64,000 nucleotides of DNA from Squalus acanthias (taxonomy: Eukaryota). Below the pieces are notes generated by a model that made no database searches, was not told the DNA's origin, and saw only the letters and a program-made list of their open reading frames with translations. The stretch covers positions 31,932,001 to 31,996,000 of the forward strand of contig CM059433.1 of assembly GCA_030390025.1 (NCBI GenBank), in the 5' to 3' direction. The translations under genes and the position numbers were made by a program. Positions 1 through 11,409 of the stretch are shown piece after piece (position 1 is the first letter of the stretch; the number at the start of each line of letters is the position of its first letter).

Positions 1-165
1 GAAGCTAGATAAGTACATGAGGGAGAAAGGAATAGAAGGATATGCTGATAGGGTTAGATGAAGAGGGGTGGGAGGAGGCTTGTGTGGAGCATAAACACCG
101 GCATGGATCAGTTCGGCCGAATGGCCTGTTTCTATGCTGTACATTCCATGTAATTCTGTGTAATA
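1..165 (+). mobile_element. CR1 LINE 3' end fragment
   Basis: End of ORF2 (KLDKYMREKGIEGY), then a 3'UTR ending in a (TTCTATGTAA)-like tail. The same sequence recurs at ~12720-12876 and ~33920-34082. Confidence 0.85.
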
Positions 166-957
166 GAATGATATCACAGACTTAACTGTTCAGTCTATGT
201 GAGGTACAAAAACAAAATAAATTATTGCAGTTGCAATTGCTGGTGATGGACGTGAACTTAACTTATGCAACATCAGCACCATCCCTCCTCAGTTTAAAAA
301 TAACCCATGGAAAACAAGTCACTGCATTCAGGCTACACCTCCAGTAGAAGCTGGATTTCACAGCACTGTAGCATGACACTCAGAGCCATTCCCAGGGGAT
401 GTCACATATGCTCCGTCGATTGTAGCTCGAGTGGCTAGGCCTGAGCGAGTCTGTCACACAAACAGACAGGCGACTTCTCAATTAAGAAGCAATGACTGCG
501 CGGAAGTGCCGTGAGAAAAAACACTGACATCAGCAAAATAACTGCAGTGAGAGTCACGTCATTACAGTTGCTTGACCGTGGCACACTACTGGCTGGACAA
601 TTAATAATAAAATACCAAGAATTAAAAGTGAGCTCAGTATACGATGAAAATATGGGAGCATTCTATTTGGAGGAAATAATAACCAATTTGCACATAGCCA
701 AGTTATTTTTGACCAAAGTGTTTATGTGTGGCACAGAGAAACAAAACTGAAGTAACAGTGCTGAAAGTGACTTCTTATCATTTTCAAATTCTACGATGCT
801 ACACGTTCCACTATCAGGCCTTATACAGCTCACTTTCACTGGTTAATGTTCAATAGAGCAGTTGAAATGTTGCTTCATGCAGTGTATCGTCATCTGCAGT
901 TACACAATCACAAAGGCATCTAGAAATATAAACATAATGGGAGATTTTCCTCTCAGT

Positions 958-1833
958 GGGGGAAAAATTCAGTTGGTTGCCCCTCCCATTTAATTGGGCG
1001 CAAAGCAACTAATGCCCGAGCGCAGCGCTGTTTGCGCCGCTCGGGAAATTAACTAGACATTTTGCGGCGGCGCTAAACACTACCGCCACGAACTCCTGCG
1101 CCGGCAGATCATGACGTCAGTCGAGTGCGCAACGCCCCGGTAGCGCCCCGGAGCGTATATTGAGTGGCGCCCCCTGCCTCACCGCCTGCCGCTAGCAACG
1201 ACAGGTTGAGGGGAGCGTTTTGCAGTCAGGAAGGGACTGGGGGAGTGCTAATTAAAGGCGACCGCTTTCTGCCTTTTTTTTGTTGGTGACATTTTTGAAC
1301 CACGCATTCTGAGAGAGAGAGAGACACACTTCTGGAGAGATTCAATGCTGTGTGAAGGAGTTTTGGGTACTAAGCAGCACTTTGAAGCTTCATTTTGATT
1401 TGCCCTTCCTTGTATCGATTTAGAAGAGACTGTGGGGGCTGCACTCGGAGCTCTTTCCCTGGGGCTCTCCATTGTTCTTTCCAGCAGATTTGATGTACAG
1501 GTCTGTCCAGGCCGAGATTCAAGGCTGCAATGAGCAGGATGTGGATGGAAAGCAAGATCAGCCCTCCCCTTTAAGAACTGGCAGGGGCCATTGTGTCTGT
1601 GTTCCATTGCTGACTGACATCACATGAGCTTCGCCAGCGCTCTGAGGTAGCGCCTCGCTCCTCGGCCTTTGCGCCTTAAGACAGATGTGTAGCGTCTGAT
1701 TTAGCGCTCCAGTCACCTCCAGGGGCGATAAAAGTCAAGTTTGCAGTCGGAGGCGATAATTAGCGCCAGGCGCTAATCTTTGCGCCCGGCCGATAATTGC
1801 GCCCCAAATGAGGCGATACTGAATTTTTCCCCC
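958..1833. mobile_element. Non-autonomous PIF/Harbinger-like DNA transposon (MITE family A, copy 1)
   Basis: Perfect TIR GGGGGAAAAATTCAGT...ACTGAATTTTTCCCCC with 3-bp TSD AGT (955-957 and 1834-1836). GCGCC-rich subterminal repeats. Homologous to 36287-37179 and 44252-45144. Confidence 0.88.
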
Positions 1834-1875
1834 AGTGTACCTGGAGCAGAACTGAACTCCTCAGGAATATTCATC

Positions 1876-3473
1876 AGGGACTGAAGGCTGATAAATCCCC
1901 AGGGCCTGATGGTCTGCATCCCAGAGTACTTAAGGAGATGGCCTTGGAAATAGTGGATGCATTGACGATCATTTTCCAACATTCCTTAGACTCTGGATCA
2001 GTTCCGAAGGAGTGGAGGGTGGCTAATGTAACCCCTCTTTTTAAAAAAGGAGGGAGGGAGAAAGCAGGGAATTATAGACCGGTCAGCCTGACATCGGTGG
2101 TGGGTAAAATGATGGAATCAATTATTAAAGATGTCATAACAGACCATTTGGAAAGTGGCGACATGATAGGTCCAAGTCAGCATGGATTTGTGAAAGGGAA
2201 ATCATGCTTGACAAATCTTCTGGAATTTTTTGAGGATGTTTCCAATAGGGTGGACGGGGGGGAACCAGTAGATGTGGTGTATTTGGACTTTCAGAAGGCC
2301 TTCGACAAGGTCCCACACAGGAGATTGGTGTGCAAAGTTAAAGCACATAGGATTGGGGGTAATGTGTTGACGTGGATTGAGAACTGGTTGGCACACAGGA
2401 AACAAAGAGTAGGAGTAAATGGGTGCTTTTCAGAATGGCAGGCAGTGACCAGCGGGGTACCGCAGGGTTCGGTGCTGGGACCCCAGCTGTTTACATTATA
2501 TATTAATGATTTGGACGAAGGGATTAATTGTAATATCTCCAAATTTGCGGATGACACTAAATTGGGAGGCAGTGTGAACAATGAGGAGGATGCTAGGAGG
2601 CTACAGAGTGACTTGGACAGGTTGGGTGAATGGGCAAATGTATGGCAGATGAAGTACAATATGGATAAATGTGAGGTTATCCATTTTGGTGGTAAAAATA
2701 GGGAGGCAGACTATTACCTGAATGGTGGCAGATTAGGGAAAGGGGAGGTGCAACGAGACCTGGGCGTCATGGTACATCAGTCACTGAAGGTGGGAAGGCA
2801 AGTGCAGCAGGCAGTCAAGAAAGCAAATGGCATGATGGCCTTCATAGCAAGGGGATTTGAGTACAGGAGTAGGGAGGTGATGCTACAGTTGTACAGGGCC
2901 TTGGTGAGGCCACACCTGGAGTTTTGTGTGCAGTTTTGGTCTCCTAACTTGAGGAAGGACATTCTTGCTATTGAGGGAGTGCAACGAAGGTTCACTAGAT
3001 TGATTCCTGGGATGGCCAGACTGACATATCAAGAAAGACTGGATCAACTGAACTTGTATCCTCTGGAGTTCAGAAGAATGAGGGGGGATCTTATAGAGAC
3101 GTTTAAAATCCTAACTGGTTTAGACAAATTAGATGCGGGCAGAATGTTTCCAATGTTAGGGAAAACTAAAACCAGGGGTCACAGTCTAAGGATAAAGGGG
3201 AAGCCATTTAAGACTGAGATGAGGAGGAACTTCTTCACCCAGAGAGTGGTGAATCTGTGGAATTCTCTTCCACAGAAGGTTGTTGAGGCCAGTTCGCTAA
3301 ATATATTCAAAAGGGAGTTAGATATAATACTCACAACTAGGGGGATCAAGGGGTATGGCGAGAAAGCAGGAATGGGGTACTGAGGTAGCATGTTCAGCCA
3401 TGAACGCATTAAATGGCGGTGCCGGCTCGAAGGACCGAATGGTCTACTCCTGCAACTATTTTCTATGTTTCTA
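1876..3473 (+). mobile_element. 5'-truncated young CR1 LINE
   Basis: RT-coding region followed by a 3'UTR with GGACCGAATGGTCTACTCCTG and a TTCTATGTTTCTA tail. Confidence 0.95.
1938..3383 (+). CDS. CR1 ORF2 reverse transcriptase domain and C-terminus (uninterrupted 481 aa; lacks endonuclease because of 5' truncation)
   Basis: Motifs [44 protein letters not shown] and RRNFFTQRVVNLWNSLP. Confidence 0.93.
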   Translation: MALEIVDALTIIFQHSLDSGSVPKEWRVANVTPLFKKGGREKAGNYRPVSLTSVVGKMMESIIKDVITDHLESGDMIGPSQHGFVKGKSCLTNLLEFFEDVSNRVDGGEPVDVVYLDFQKAFDKVPHRRLVCKVKAHRIGGNVLTWIENWLAHRKQRVGVNGCFSEWQAVTSGVPQGSVLGPQLFTLYINDLDEGINCNISKFADDTKLGGSVNNEEDARRLQSDLDRLGEWANVWQMKYNMDKCEVIHFGGKNREADYYLNGGRLGKGEVQRDLGVMVHQSLKVGRQVQQAVKKANGMMAFIARGFEYRSREVMLQLYRALVRPHLEFCVQFWSPNLRKDILAIEGVQRRFTRLIPGMARLTYQERLDQLNLYPLEFRRMRGDLIETFKILTGLDKLDAGRMFPMLGKTKTRGHSLRIKGKPFKTEMRRNFFTQRVVNLWNSLPQKVVEASSLNIFKRELDIILTTRGIKGYGEKAGMGY

Positions 3474-3653
3474 GAACACCACGCACCCCCAGCATTCCCC
3501 CTCACACACGATTGTCCATTCATTCAGATTCATGGTTGGAAAAATCAAAGGATGATGGCACGTAATTTCCCAATATACACGCTGGACTACTGAAGTGAGA
3601 ACCACTTCTGCATTTTAGTTATTCGAAAGTTTTGATAAATCCAATTGAGATGT

Positions 3654-4500
3654 AGTTCGATTCAGGGTACCGGATTTACAATGAAGTTCGATTAAGAATA
3701 CCTGATTTACAATGAAGTCTAAACACCTCCCCTTGACATTCAACGGCATTACCATGTTGAATCCCCCACCATCAACATCCTGGGGACATCATTGACCAGA
3801 AACTTAACTGGACCAGCCACATAACTACTGTGGCTAAAAGAGCAGGTCAGAGGCTGGTTATTCTGTGGTGAGTGACTCATCTCTGAACTTCCCAAACCCT
3901 TTCTACCATCAACAAGGCAAAAGTCAGGAGTGTGATGGAATACTCTCCACTTGCCTGGATGAGTGCAGCTCCAACAACACTCAAGAAGCTCGACACCATC
4001 CAGGACAAAGCAGCCCGCTTGATTGCCACTCCATCCACCACCTTAAACATTCACCACCGGTGCACCGTGGTTGCAGTGTGTACCATCTACAAGATACACT
4101 GCTGCAACTCGCCAAGGCTTCTTCAACAGCTCTTCCCAAACCCGCAACCTCTATCACCTAGAAGGACAAGGGCAGCAAGCACATGAGAACATCACCACCT
4201 CCAAGTTCTCCTCCAAATCACACACAATTCTGACTAGGAAATATATTGCTGTTCCTTCATCATTGCTGGCTCAAAATCCTGGAACTCCCTCCCTAACAGC
4301 ATTGTGGGAGTACCTTCACCACACGGACTGCAGCGGTTCAAGAAGGTGGCTCACCACCATCTTCTCAAGGGCAATTAGGGATGGGCAATAAATGCTGGCC
4401 TTGCCAGCGACACCCACAAAACGTGAATGAATAAAAAAAGGTTCGATTGAGGATACCTGATTTACAATGACGTTCGATTGAGGGTACTGGCTTTACAATG
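3654..4500. repeat. ~31-bp minisatellite (4 units) split by a LINE insertion
   Basis: Unit ~AAGTTCGATTGAGGATACCTGATTTACAATG at 3654-3683, 3684-3714, 4441-4469 and 4470-4500. Confidence 0.85.
3717..4440 (+). mobile_element. CR1/L2-group LINE 3' fragment ('MEYSPLAW' family)
   Basis: Degenerate ORF2 C-terminus MEYSPLAWMSAAPTTLKKLDTIQDKAARLI and an A-rich tail. Other copies at 28165, 32510 and 48315. Confidence 0.85.
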
Positions 4501-4599
4501 ACAGATGATTTTCGAGCGGTGAGTGTGGACAACACCAGGTTAATCTCTACGCCACTGCTTTCCAGTCAAAAAATCAGAGCTCTGAACAAATAAGAGAAA

Positions 4600-4722
4600 A
4601 CAAGGAATCCAAGGATATGTTGATAGGGTGAGATGAAGTAGGGTGGGAGGAATCTCGTGTGGAGAATAATCACCGGCACAGACCAGTTGGGCTGAATAGC
4701 TTGTTTCTGTGCTGTAAAATTT
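4600..4722 (+). mobile_element. CR1 3'UTR fragment
   Basis: Matches the 3'UTR at 1-165. Confidence 0.75.
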
Positions 4723-5024
4723 AAAAAAAGTCTGTTGATTAAGGCAGTTATCAAATTGATGGCTCTTCTATTTAAGATTGAAAGCAACAAATTGGAGTGA
4801 AGGATGTAGACATTTCTGAAAGAGATAGAAGTGATGAAGCAAAAGATTTGTTTTCTAGGGAAGATTTTGGTCCTTTCCTGGAACTTCACTTCCAACAGTT
4901 TTGGTCAACTGCGCATAAGTGTCCCTTAGCAAGCTTCCCAAAGCAAAGTCCAGTTTGTGTAATCACTATATAGATGCACCAAAAGAAAGAAAGAACTTCC
5001 ATGTATATAGTGCTTATATAGATT

Positions 5025-5225
5025 GGTATATTTATCCCTCAAACAACATCACTAATACAGATTATCTAGTCACTATCACATTGTGGTTTGTGGGAGCTTG
5101 CTGTGCGCATATTGGCTGCCGTATTTCCTACATTAGAACAATAACTACACTTCAAAGTACTTAATTGGCTGTAAAGCACTTTGGGACATCCTGAGGCCAT
5201 GAAAGGTGCAAGTTATTTCTTTTTT
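5025..5225 (+). mobile_element. Deu-domain SINE 3' part
   Basis: ATATTTATCCCTCAA...ATTGGCTGCC...GGGACATCCTGAGG, shared with the 24670 and 56915 copies. Confidence 0.75.
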
Positions 5226-5417
5226 GTATACACTCAATTTTAACAACTGGATATAAAGGGACATGTATAAAAAACACTGCCTCTTTTTCTCACTCTTTTT
5301 CTGTCAATGAAAAAAATGTGAGACACAAAAAAAGGGGAGAAATTGTAAAAATAAAACTAGGAATTATAGAGTTGAAAAGTAACAGAGAAAGAGACCTCAA
5401 GTTTCCTGTCACATTAC

Positions 5418-5832
5418 GGTGGCATAGTGGTTAGCACTGGTACCTCACAGCGCCAGGGACCCGGGTTCGAATCTGACCTCGGGTGACTGTCTGTGTGGAG
5501 TTTGCACATTCTCCCTGTAAACTGCGTGGGTTTCCTCCGGGTGCTCCGGTTTCCTCCCACAGTCCAAAAATGTGCGGGTTAGGTTGATTTGGCTATGATA
5601 AACTGACCCTTAGTGTTAGGGGGGGATTAAATATGTGGGGTTATGGGGATAGGCTGGGATATGTTAGGGGGAATTAAATACATGGGGTTACGGGGGTAGG
5701 GTGGGATATGTGTACTGTGGGGATTAAAGAAGGGACAGGGTACTGGATTTGGATGATCAGCCATGATTGTATTGAATGGTGGAGCAGGCTTGACGGGCCG
5801 AATGGCCTACTCCTGCTCCTAGATTCTATGTT
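5418..5832 (+). mobile_element. HE1-like V-SINE (tRNA head, V-domain, CR1-derived tail)
   Basis: A-box GGTGGCATAGTGG and B-box GGTTCGAATC. V-domain TGTGTGGAGTTTGCACATTCTCC...GGGTTTCCTCCGGGTGCTCCGGTTTCCTCCCACAGTCCAAA. CR1-type TTCTATGTTTCTA tail. Confidence 0.9.
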
Positions 5833-6926
5833 TCTATTACATTGCGGAACAAATAAAATCTGGACAGGTAGGAGTGCGCAATTCATCAGGGATCTGTTAG
5901 GCCGGGGCTCTGCCCATTTTTTGCACATGTCTGAATTTCTGTGGAAATCAGGGCAAAATACCCGCCTGTTTGATGTGCAAATAAGGGAAATATGTGGGCA
6001 CAAGGAATGCCTGTGTGTCCTTAGCATTGCTAAAGACTCTGGAAGGGGTTGGGTGAGGGTGGGGGGTGGGGGGCGGGTGGTGTGGGGGAGGATATACATT
6101 TTAAATGCATTATGGAATCCTGCATGAATTGAAAACTCGTTTTATTTTTCAAAATTTCAGGCCAGAACAGCTAACCAATCCCAACTGTGACAAGAAGCTA
6201 CAGTGATTTCAGCCAACCCCCACCACGCACCCCCTCCCTGCCAATCCTGAGGATGGCCCGCCCCGTTGCTCATTTAAATGATTTGAAGCCAGCAAATGGG
6301 TTAGCATCGGAGGCGCAAACCAAGAGGTGGAGTGGGGGGATGGGATGAAAGTCCTGCTCCGTTTCACCTTCGGTGATGGAGAGGGTCCACAGAAAATTTG
6401 GCCCCACACCTACAAGGAAAGTAGCTTGATTCTTTTGACAACACCATGGGACATTAAATTTTATATAATAAATTGTGCACTGCACAGTAGAACACTCATT
6501 ACAAAACTCTGCATCATCTGACTAACTGTGAGCAAGTGACACAGGTGATCTAGTCGTGTTGTGCTGAAATAACTCACACCATTCAAATGAAGTTACTTTG
6601 CAAAATGTTTCTGGACATGCTTTACTGGCAACTACACAATGTAGTAGCTCGGTGACACATCAATTCAGTTCACCCGCCCTTGAACTATATATTCCGCATC
6701 ACTCACTCTTTTGATTCCATTTGCTCTGCAGATTTTCTGGAATAGCCAAATTTCAAAGCCATGCTGTGTAATGCTTTAAATTCAGGAATCGAAACAATGA
6801 ATGGAACTTATTTGAACAGACTGGGGCTCTTTTCCCTAGAAACATAGAAGATAGCAGCAGGAGTAGGCCATTCGGCCCCTCGAGCCTTCTCCGCCATTCA
6901 ATGCGATCATGGCTGATCATCCAAAT

Positions 6927-9728
6927 TCAATACTCTGTCCCTGCTTTCTCCCCATATCCCTTGATGCCCTTAGCTTTAAGAAATATATCTAACTCCTTCT
7001 TGAATATATTTAATGAATTGGCCTCAACTGCCTTCTGTGCTAGAGAATTCCACAGGTTCACCACTGTCTGGGTGAAGAAATTCCTCCTCATCTCAGTCCG
7101 AAATGGCTTACCCCTTATCCTTAGACTGTGACCCCTGGTTCTGGACTCCCCCGCCATCGGGAACAGCCTTCCTGCATCTAGTCTGTCTAGTCCTGTTAGA
7201 ATTTTATAAGTTTCAATGAGATCCCCTCTCATTCTTCTAAACTCTAGCGAATATAAGCCTAATCGACCCAATTTCTCATCATACGTCATTCCTGCCACTC
7301 CAGGTATCAGTCTGGTGAATCTTCGCTGCACTCCCTCCATGGCAAGAACATCCTTCCTCAGATAAGGCGACCAAAACTGCACACAATACTGAAGGTGTGG
7401 TCTCACCAAGGCCCTGTACAACTGCAGCAAGACATCCTTGCTCCTGTACTCAAATCCTCTCACTATGAAGGCCAACATACCATTTGCCTTCTTAACTGCC
7501 TGCTGCACCTGCATGCTTACCTTCAGCGACTGGTGCACAAGGACACCCAGGTCTCGTTGCACTTCCCTTTTTCCCAATCTATTGCCATTCAGATAATAAT
7601 CTGCCTTCCTGTTTTTTCCGCCAAAGTGGATAACCTCGCATGTATCCACATTATACTGCATCTGCCATGCATCTGCCCAATCACTCAACCTGTCCAAATC
7701 ATACTGGAGTTTCTCTGCATCCTCCTCACAGCACACAAGCCCACCCAGCTTTGTGTCGTCTACAAACTTGGGAGATATTACATCTAGTTCCCTCGTCTAT
7801 ATCATTAATATATATTGTGAATAACTGGGGTCCTAGCACCGATCCCTGCGGTACCCCACTAGTCACTGCCTGCCACTCGGAAAAAGACCCGTTTATTCCA
7901 ACTCTTTGCTTCCTGTCTGCCAACCAGTTCTCTATCCAAATCAGTACCTCACCCCCAATCCCATGTGCTTTAACTTTGCATGCTAATCTCTTATGCGGGA
8001 CCTTATCGAAAGCCTTCTGAAAGTCCAAATACACCACATCCACTGTTTCTCCCTTCTCTATTCGACCAGTTACATCCTCAAAAAATTCCAGTAGATTAGT
8101 CAAGCATGATTTACCTTTTGTAAATCCACGTTGACTTTGTCCAATCCTGTCACTGTTTTCCAAGAGCTCTGCTTTTACATCTTTTATAATGGACTCTAGC
8201 ATTTTCCCCACTACCGATGTCAGGCCTACCGGTCTATAATTCCCCGTTTTCTCTCTAGCACCTTTTTTAAATAGCGGAGTTACATTAGCTACCCTCCAAT
8301 TAATGGGAACTGTTCCAGAGTCTATAGAATTTTGGAAGATGACTAGCAATGCATCTAGTATTTCTAGGGCCACTTCTTTAAGTACCCTAGGATGTAGATT
8401 ATCAGGCCCTGGGGATTTATCAGCCTTCAATCCCGTCAATTTCCCTAACACCATTTCCCTACAAATACTGATTTCATTCAGTTCCTCCCTCTCATTAGAC
8501 CCTATGTTCCCCGACATCTCTGGGAGTTTATTTGTGTCCTCCTTTGTGAAGACAGAACCAAAGTATGTATTTAATTGGTCTGCCATTTCTTTGTTCCCCA
8601 TTATAAATTCCCTTGATTCTGACAGCAAGGGACCTACGCTTGACTTCACCAATCTTTTTCTCTTCACATATCTATAGAAGCTTTTACAGTCAGTTTTTAT
8701 GTTCCCTGCAAGCTTACTCTCATACTCTATTTCCCCCCTCTTAATTAATTCCTTTGTCCTCCTTTGCTGAATACTAAACTGCTCCCAATCCTCAGGTTTG
8801 CTGCTTTTTCTGGCCAATTTATATGCCCTCTCCTTGGATCTTATGCTATCCCTAATTTCCCTTCTTAGCCATGGTTGAGTCACCTTTTTTGTTTTATTTT
8901 TATGCCAAACAGGGATGAACAAATTCTGTAGTTCATCCATTCGATCTTTAAATGTTTGCCATTGCCTACCACCGTCAACCCTTTAAGTAACATTCCCAAA
9001 TCCATCCTATCCAACTCGCGCCTCATACCATCATAGTTTCCTTTATTTAAATTCAGTACCCTAGTCTCTGAGTCAACTACTACTTCACTCTCCATCTTAA
9101 TGAAGAATTCTATCATATTATGATTGCTCCGCCCCAAGGGGCCTCGCACAACGAGATTGCTAATTAATCCTTTCTCATTACATAATACCCAGTCTAAGAT
9201 GGTCTGATCTCTAGTTGGTTCCTCGACATATTGGTCCAGGAAACCATCCCGTATACACTCTAGGAATTCCTCTTCAACAGTATTGTTATTAATTTGGTGA
9301 GCCCAATCTATATGTAGATTAAAGTCACCCATGATAACTGCTGTGTCCTTATTGCACGCATCTCGAATTTCCCGTTTAATGCCATCCCCAACCTCAGCAT
9401 TACTGTTTGGGGGTCTGTATACAACTCCCACTAACATTTTCTGCCCTTTGGTATTTCTCAGCTCTACCCATACAGATTCCACATCATCAGAGCTAATATC
9501 CTTCCTTACTATTGTGTTAATCTCCTCTTTAACCAGCAATGCTACCCCACCTCCTTTTCCTTTTTGCCTGTCCTTCCTGAATATTGAATACCCCTGGATG
9601 TTGAATTCCCAGCCTTGGTCACCCTGGAGCCATGTCTCCGTAATCCCAATTATATCATATCCGTTTACATCTATTTGCGCAGCTAATTCATCCACCTTAT
9701 TACGAATGTTCATCGCATTAAGACACAA
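6927..9728 (-). pseudogene. CR1 ORF2 (AP endonuclease + RT) broken by two frameshifts
   Basis: 8880-9728 has the APE motifs IIGITETWL, GGGVALLVK, VVYRPP and MGDFN. 7726-8940 is the RT N-half and 6927-7736 the C-terminus. The frameshifts lie near 8940 and near the FADD motif (~7760). Confidence 0.93.
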
Positions 9729-9914
9729 AGCCTTCAGGCTTGTTTTTTTTTAACACTCTTAGACCATTTAGAATTATTGCTTACTGTGGCCTTGTTGATT
9801 TACACCCTTGATTTCTCTGACTTCCACTTTTGCTTTTCTCCTTCCTGTCTTTTGCTTCTATCCTTGCTTCCCTTTCCTCTGTCTCCCTGCACAGGTTCCC
9901 AACCCCCTGCCATT

Positions 9915-10865
9915 TTAGTTTAAAGCCTCCCCAACAGCACCAGTAAACACTCCCCCTAGGACATCGGTCCCGGTCCTGCCCAGGTGCAAACCTTCCAGTT
10001 TGTACTGGACCCACCTCCCCCAGACCCGGTTCCAATGTCCCAGGAATTTGAAACCCTTCCCCTTGCACCATTCTTCTAGCCACATATTCATCTGAAATAT
10101 CCTTCTATTTCTACTCTGACTAGTATGTGGCACTGGTAGCAATCCTGAGATTACCACCTTTGAGGTCCTATTTTTTAATTTACCTACTAACTCCCTATAT
10201 TCAGCTTTTCGGACCTCATCCCATTTTTTACCTATATCGTTGGTACCTATATGCCCCACGACAACTGGCTGTTCACCCTCCCCCTCCAGAATGCCCTGCA
10301 GCCGTTCCAAGACATCCTTGACCCTTGCACCAAGGAGGCAACATACCATCCTGGAGTCTCGTTTGCGGCCGCAGAAATGCCTATCTAGTCCCCTTACAAT
10401 AGAATCCCCTATCACTATAGCTCTCCCGCTCTTTTCCCTCCCGTCCTGTGCAGCAGAACCACCCATGGTGCCAGGAAGTTGGTTGCTGCTGCCTTCCCCC
10501 GATAAGCCATCCTCCTCAACAATATCCAAAGCAGTGTATCTGTTTGAGAGGGGGATGGCCACAGGGGACCCCTGCACTACCTGCCTGCGCCTACTACTCT
10601 GCCTGGCGGTCACCCATTCCCTTCCTGCCTGTGCAGCCTTTACCTGCGGTGTGACCAACTCATTAAACATGATATCCACGATGTCCTCAGCATCGTGAAT
10701 GCTCCAGTATGTATCCATTTGCAGCTCCGGCGCCGCAATGCGGTCTGCCAGTAGCTGCAGCTGGATACACTTCCCACACACATGGTCGTCAGGGACACAG
10801 GAAGTGTCCATGATTTCCCACATAGTGCAGGAGGAGCATGCCACGGGGCCGAGCTGTGCTGCCAT
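9915..10865 (-). CDS. CR1 ORF1p: N-terminal Cys zinc finger/coiled coil plus SGNH/GDSL esterase domain
   Basis: Open 316-aa ORF with CSSC...CGKC, IVIGDSIVRG, HIGTND, VVISGLLPVP and EGLHL. Confidence 0.9.
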   Translation of the reverse strand: MAAQLGPVACSSCTMWEIMDTSCVPDDHVCGKCIQLQLLADRIAAPELQMDTYWSIHDAEDIVDIMFNELVTPQVKAAQAGREWVTARQSSRRRQVVQGSPVAIPLSNRYTALDIVEEDGLSGEGSSNQLPGTMGGSAAQDGREKSGRAIVIGDSIVRGLDRHFCGRKRDSRMVCCLLGARVKDVLERLQGILEGEGEQPVVVGHIGTNDIGKKWDEVRKAEYRELVGKLKNRTSKVVISGLLPVPHTSQSRNRRIFQMNMWLEEWCKGKGFKFLGHWNRVWGRWVQYKLEGLHLGRTGTDVLGGVFTGAVGEALN

Positions 10866-11177
10866 GACTTACCCTTTAATTAATTTAAATTAAATTAAAT
10901 CAAATCAATACCACAAATTACACTACAATTAAATGATATAGTCAAGGGCCCTTGTTTACTCGCACTCCCCGCTACACAACTGAGACCTTAGAAACTATAA
11001 CCACAAAATTAAGACCTTCTAAACTTTATAAACTATTAACCTTAACTGTCAAACTATAGAATAGTATAAATACTCACCTGGCCGTACTCACCCAATCAGC
11101 TGCTTCCTCTTGCCCGCGTCACTTTTTGAATCGTGACGTGGCTCTGGAATGCCGCCGCCGGTCTGCGAGATTGGTAA

Positions 11178-11327
11178 GCCTCTGAAAAAAGCCCGCGAAA
11201 GTGAGTTTAAATACTCACTGTACCGTCGCTCTCTCCGCTCCTGACACCGGCCTCTGAAAAAAGACTGCAAAAGTAAGTTTAAATACTCACTGTACCGTCG
11301 CTCTCCCCGCTCCTGACACCGGCCTCT
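11178..11327. repeat. 72-bp tandem duplication in the CR1 5'UTR
   Basis: GCCTCTGAAAAAAG...TTTAAATACTCACTGTACCGTCGCTCT..CCGCTCCTGACACCG occurs twice, followed by the start of a third unit. Confidence 0.85.
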
Positions 11328-11409
11328 CAGAAAAGAGAAGATTGAGAGGTGACTTGACAGAGTTCTTTAAGCTTATGAAGGAGTTTCATAGGGTAGATGT
11401 GGAGAAAAT

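Larger units (their letters stand above)
6838..11327 (-). mobile_element. Near full-length CR1 LINE (~4.5 kb)
   Basis: 5'UTR, ORF1, ORF2 (APE+RT) and CTATGTTTCTA 3' tail in order. Inserted into an older + strand CR1 fragment. Confidence 0.96.

Noticed and set aside
2291..2659. Antisense ORFs over CR1 RT (also 7640-8020, 8303-8677, 9331-9753)
   Set aside because: Shadow ORFs of LINE coding sequence.
3654..4500. CRISPR-like ~31-bp repeats
   Set aside because: The units are head-to-tail with no unique spacers, there are no cas genes, and the context is eukaryotic.
5418..5490. tRNA gene (also at 56915 and 59690-59760)
   Set aside because: These are tRNA-derived SINE heads that run into SINE bodies; there is no complete cloverleaf.
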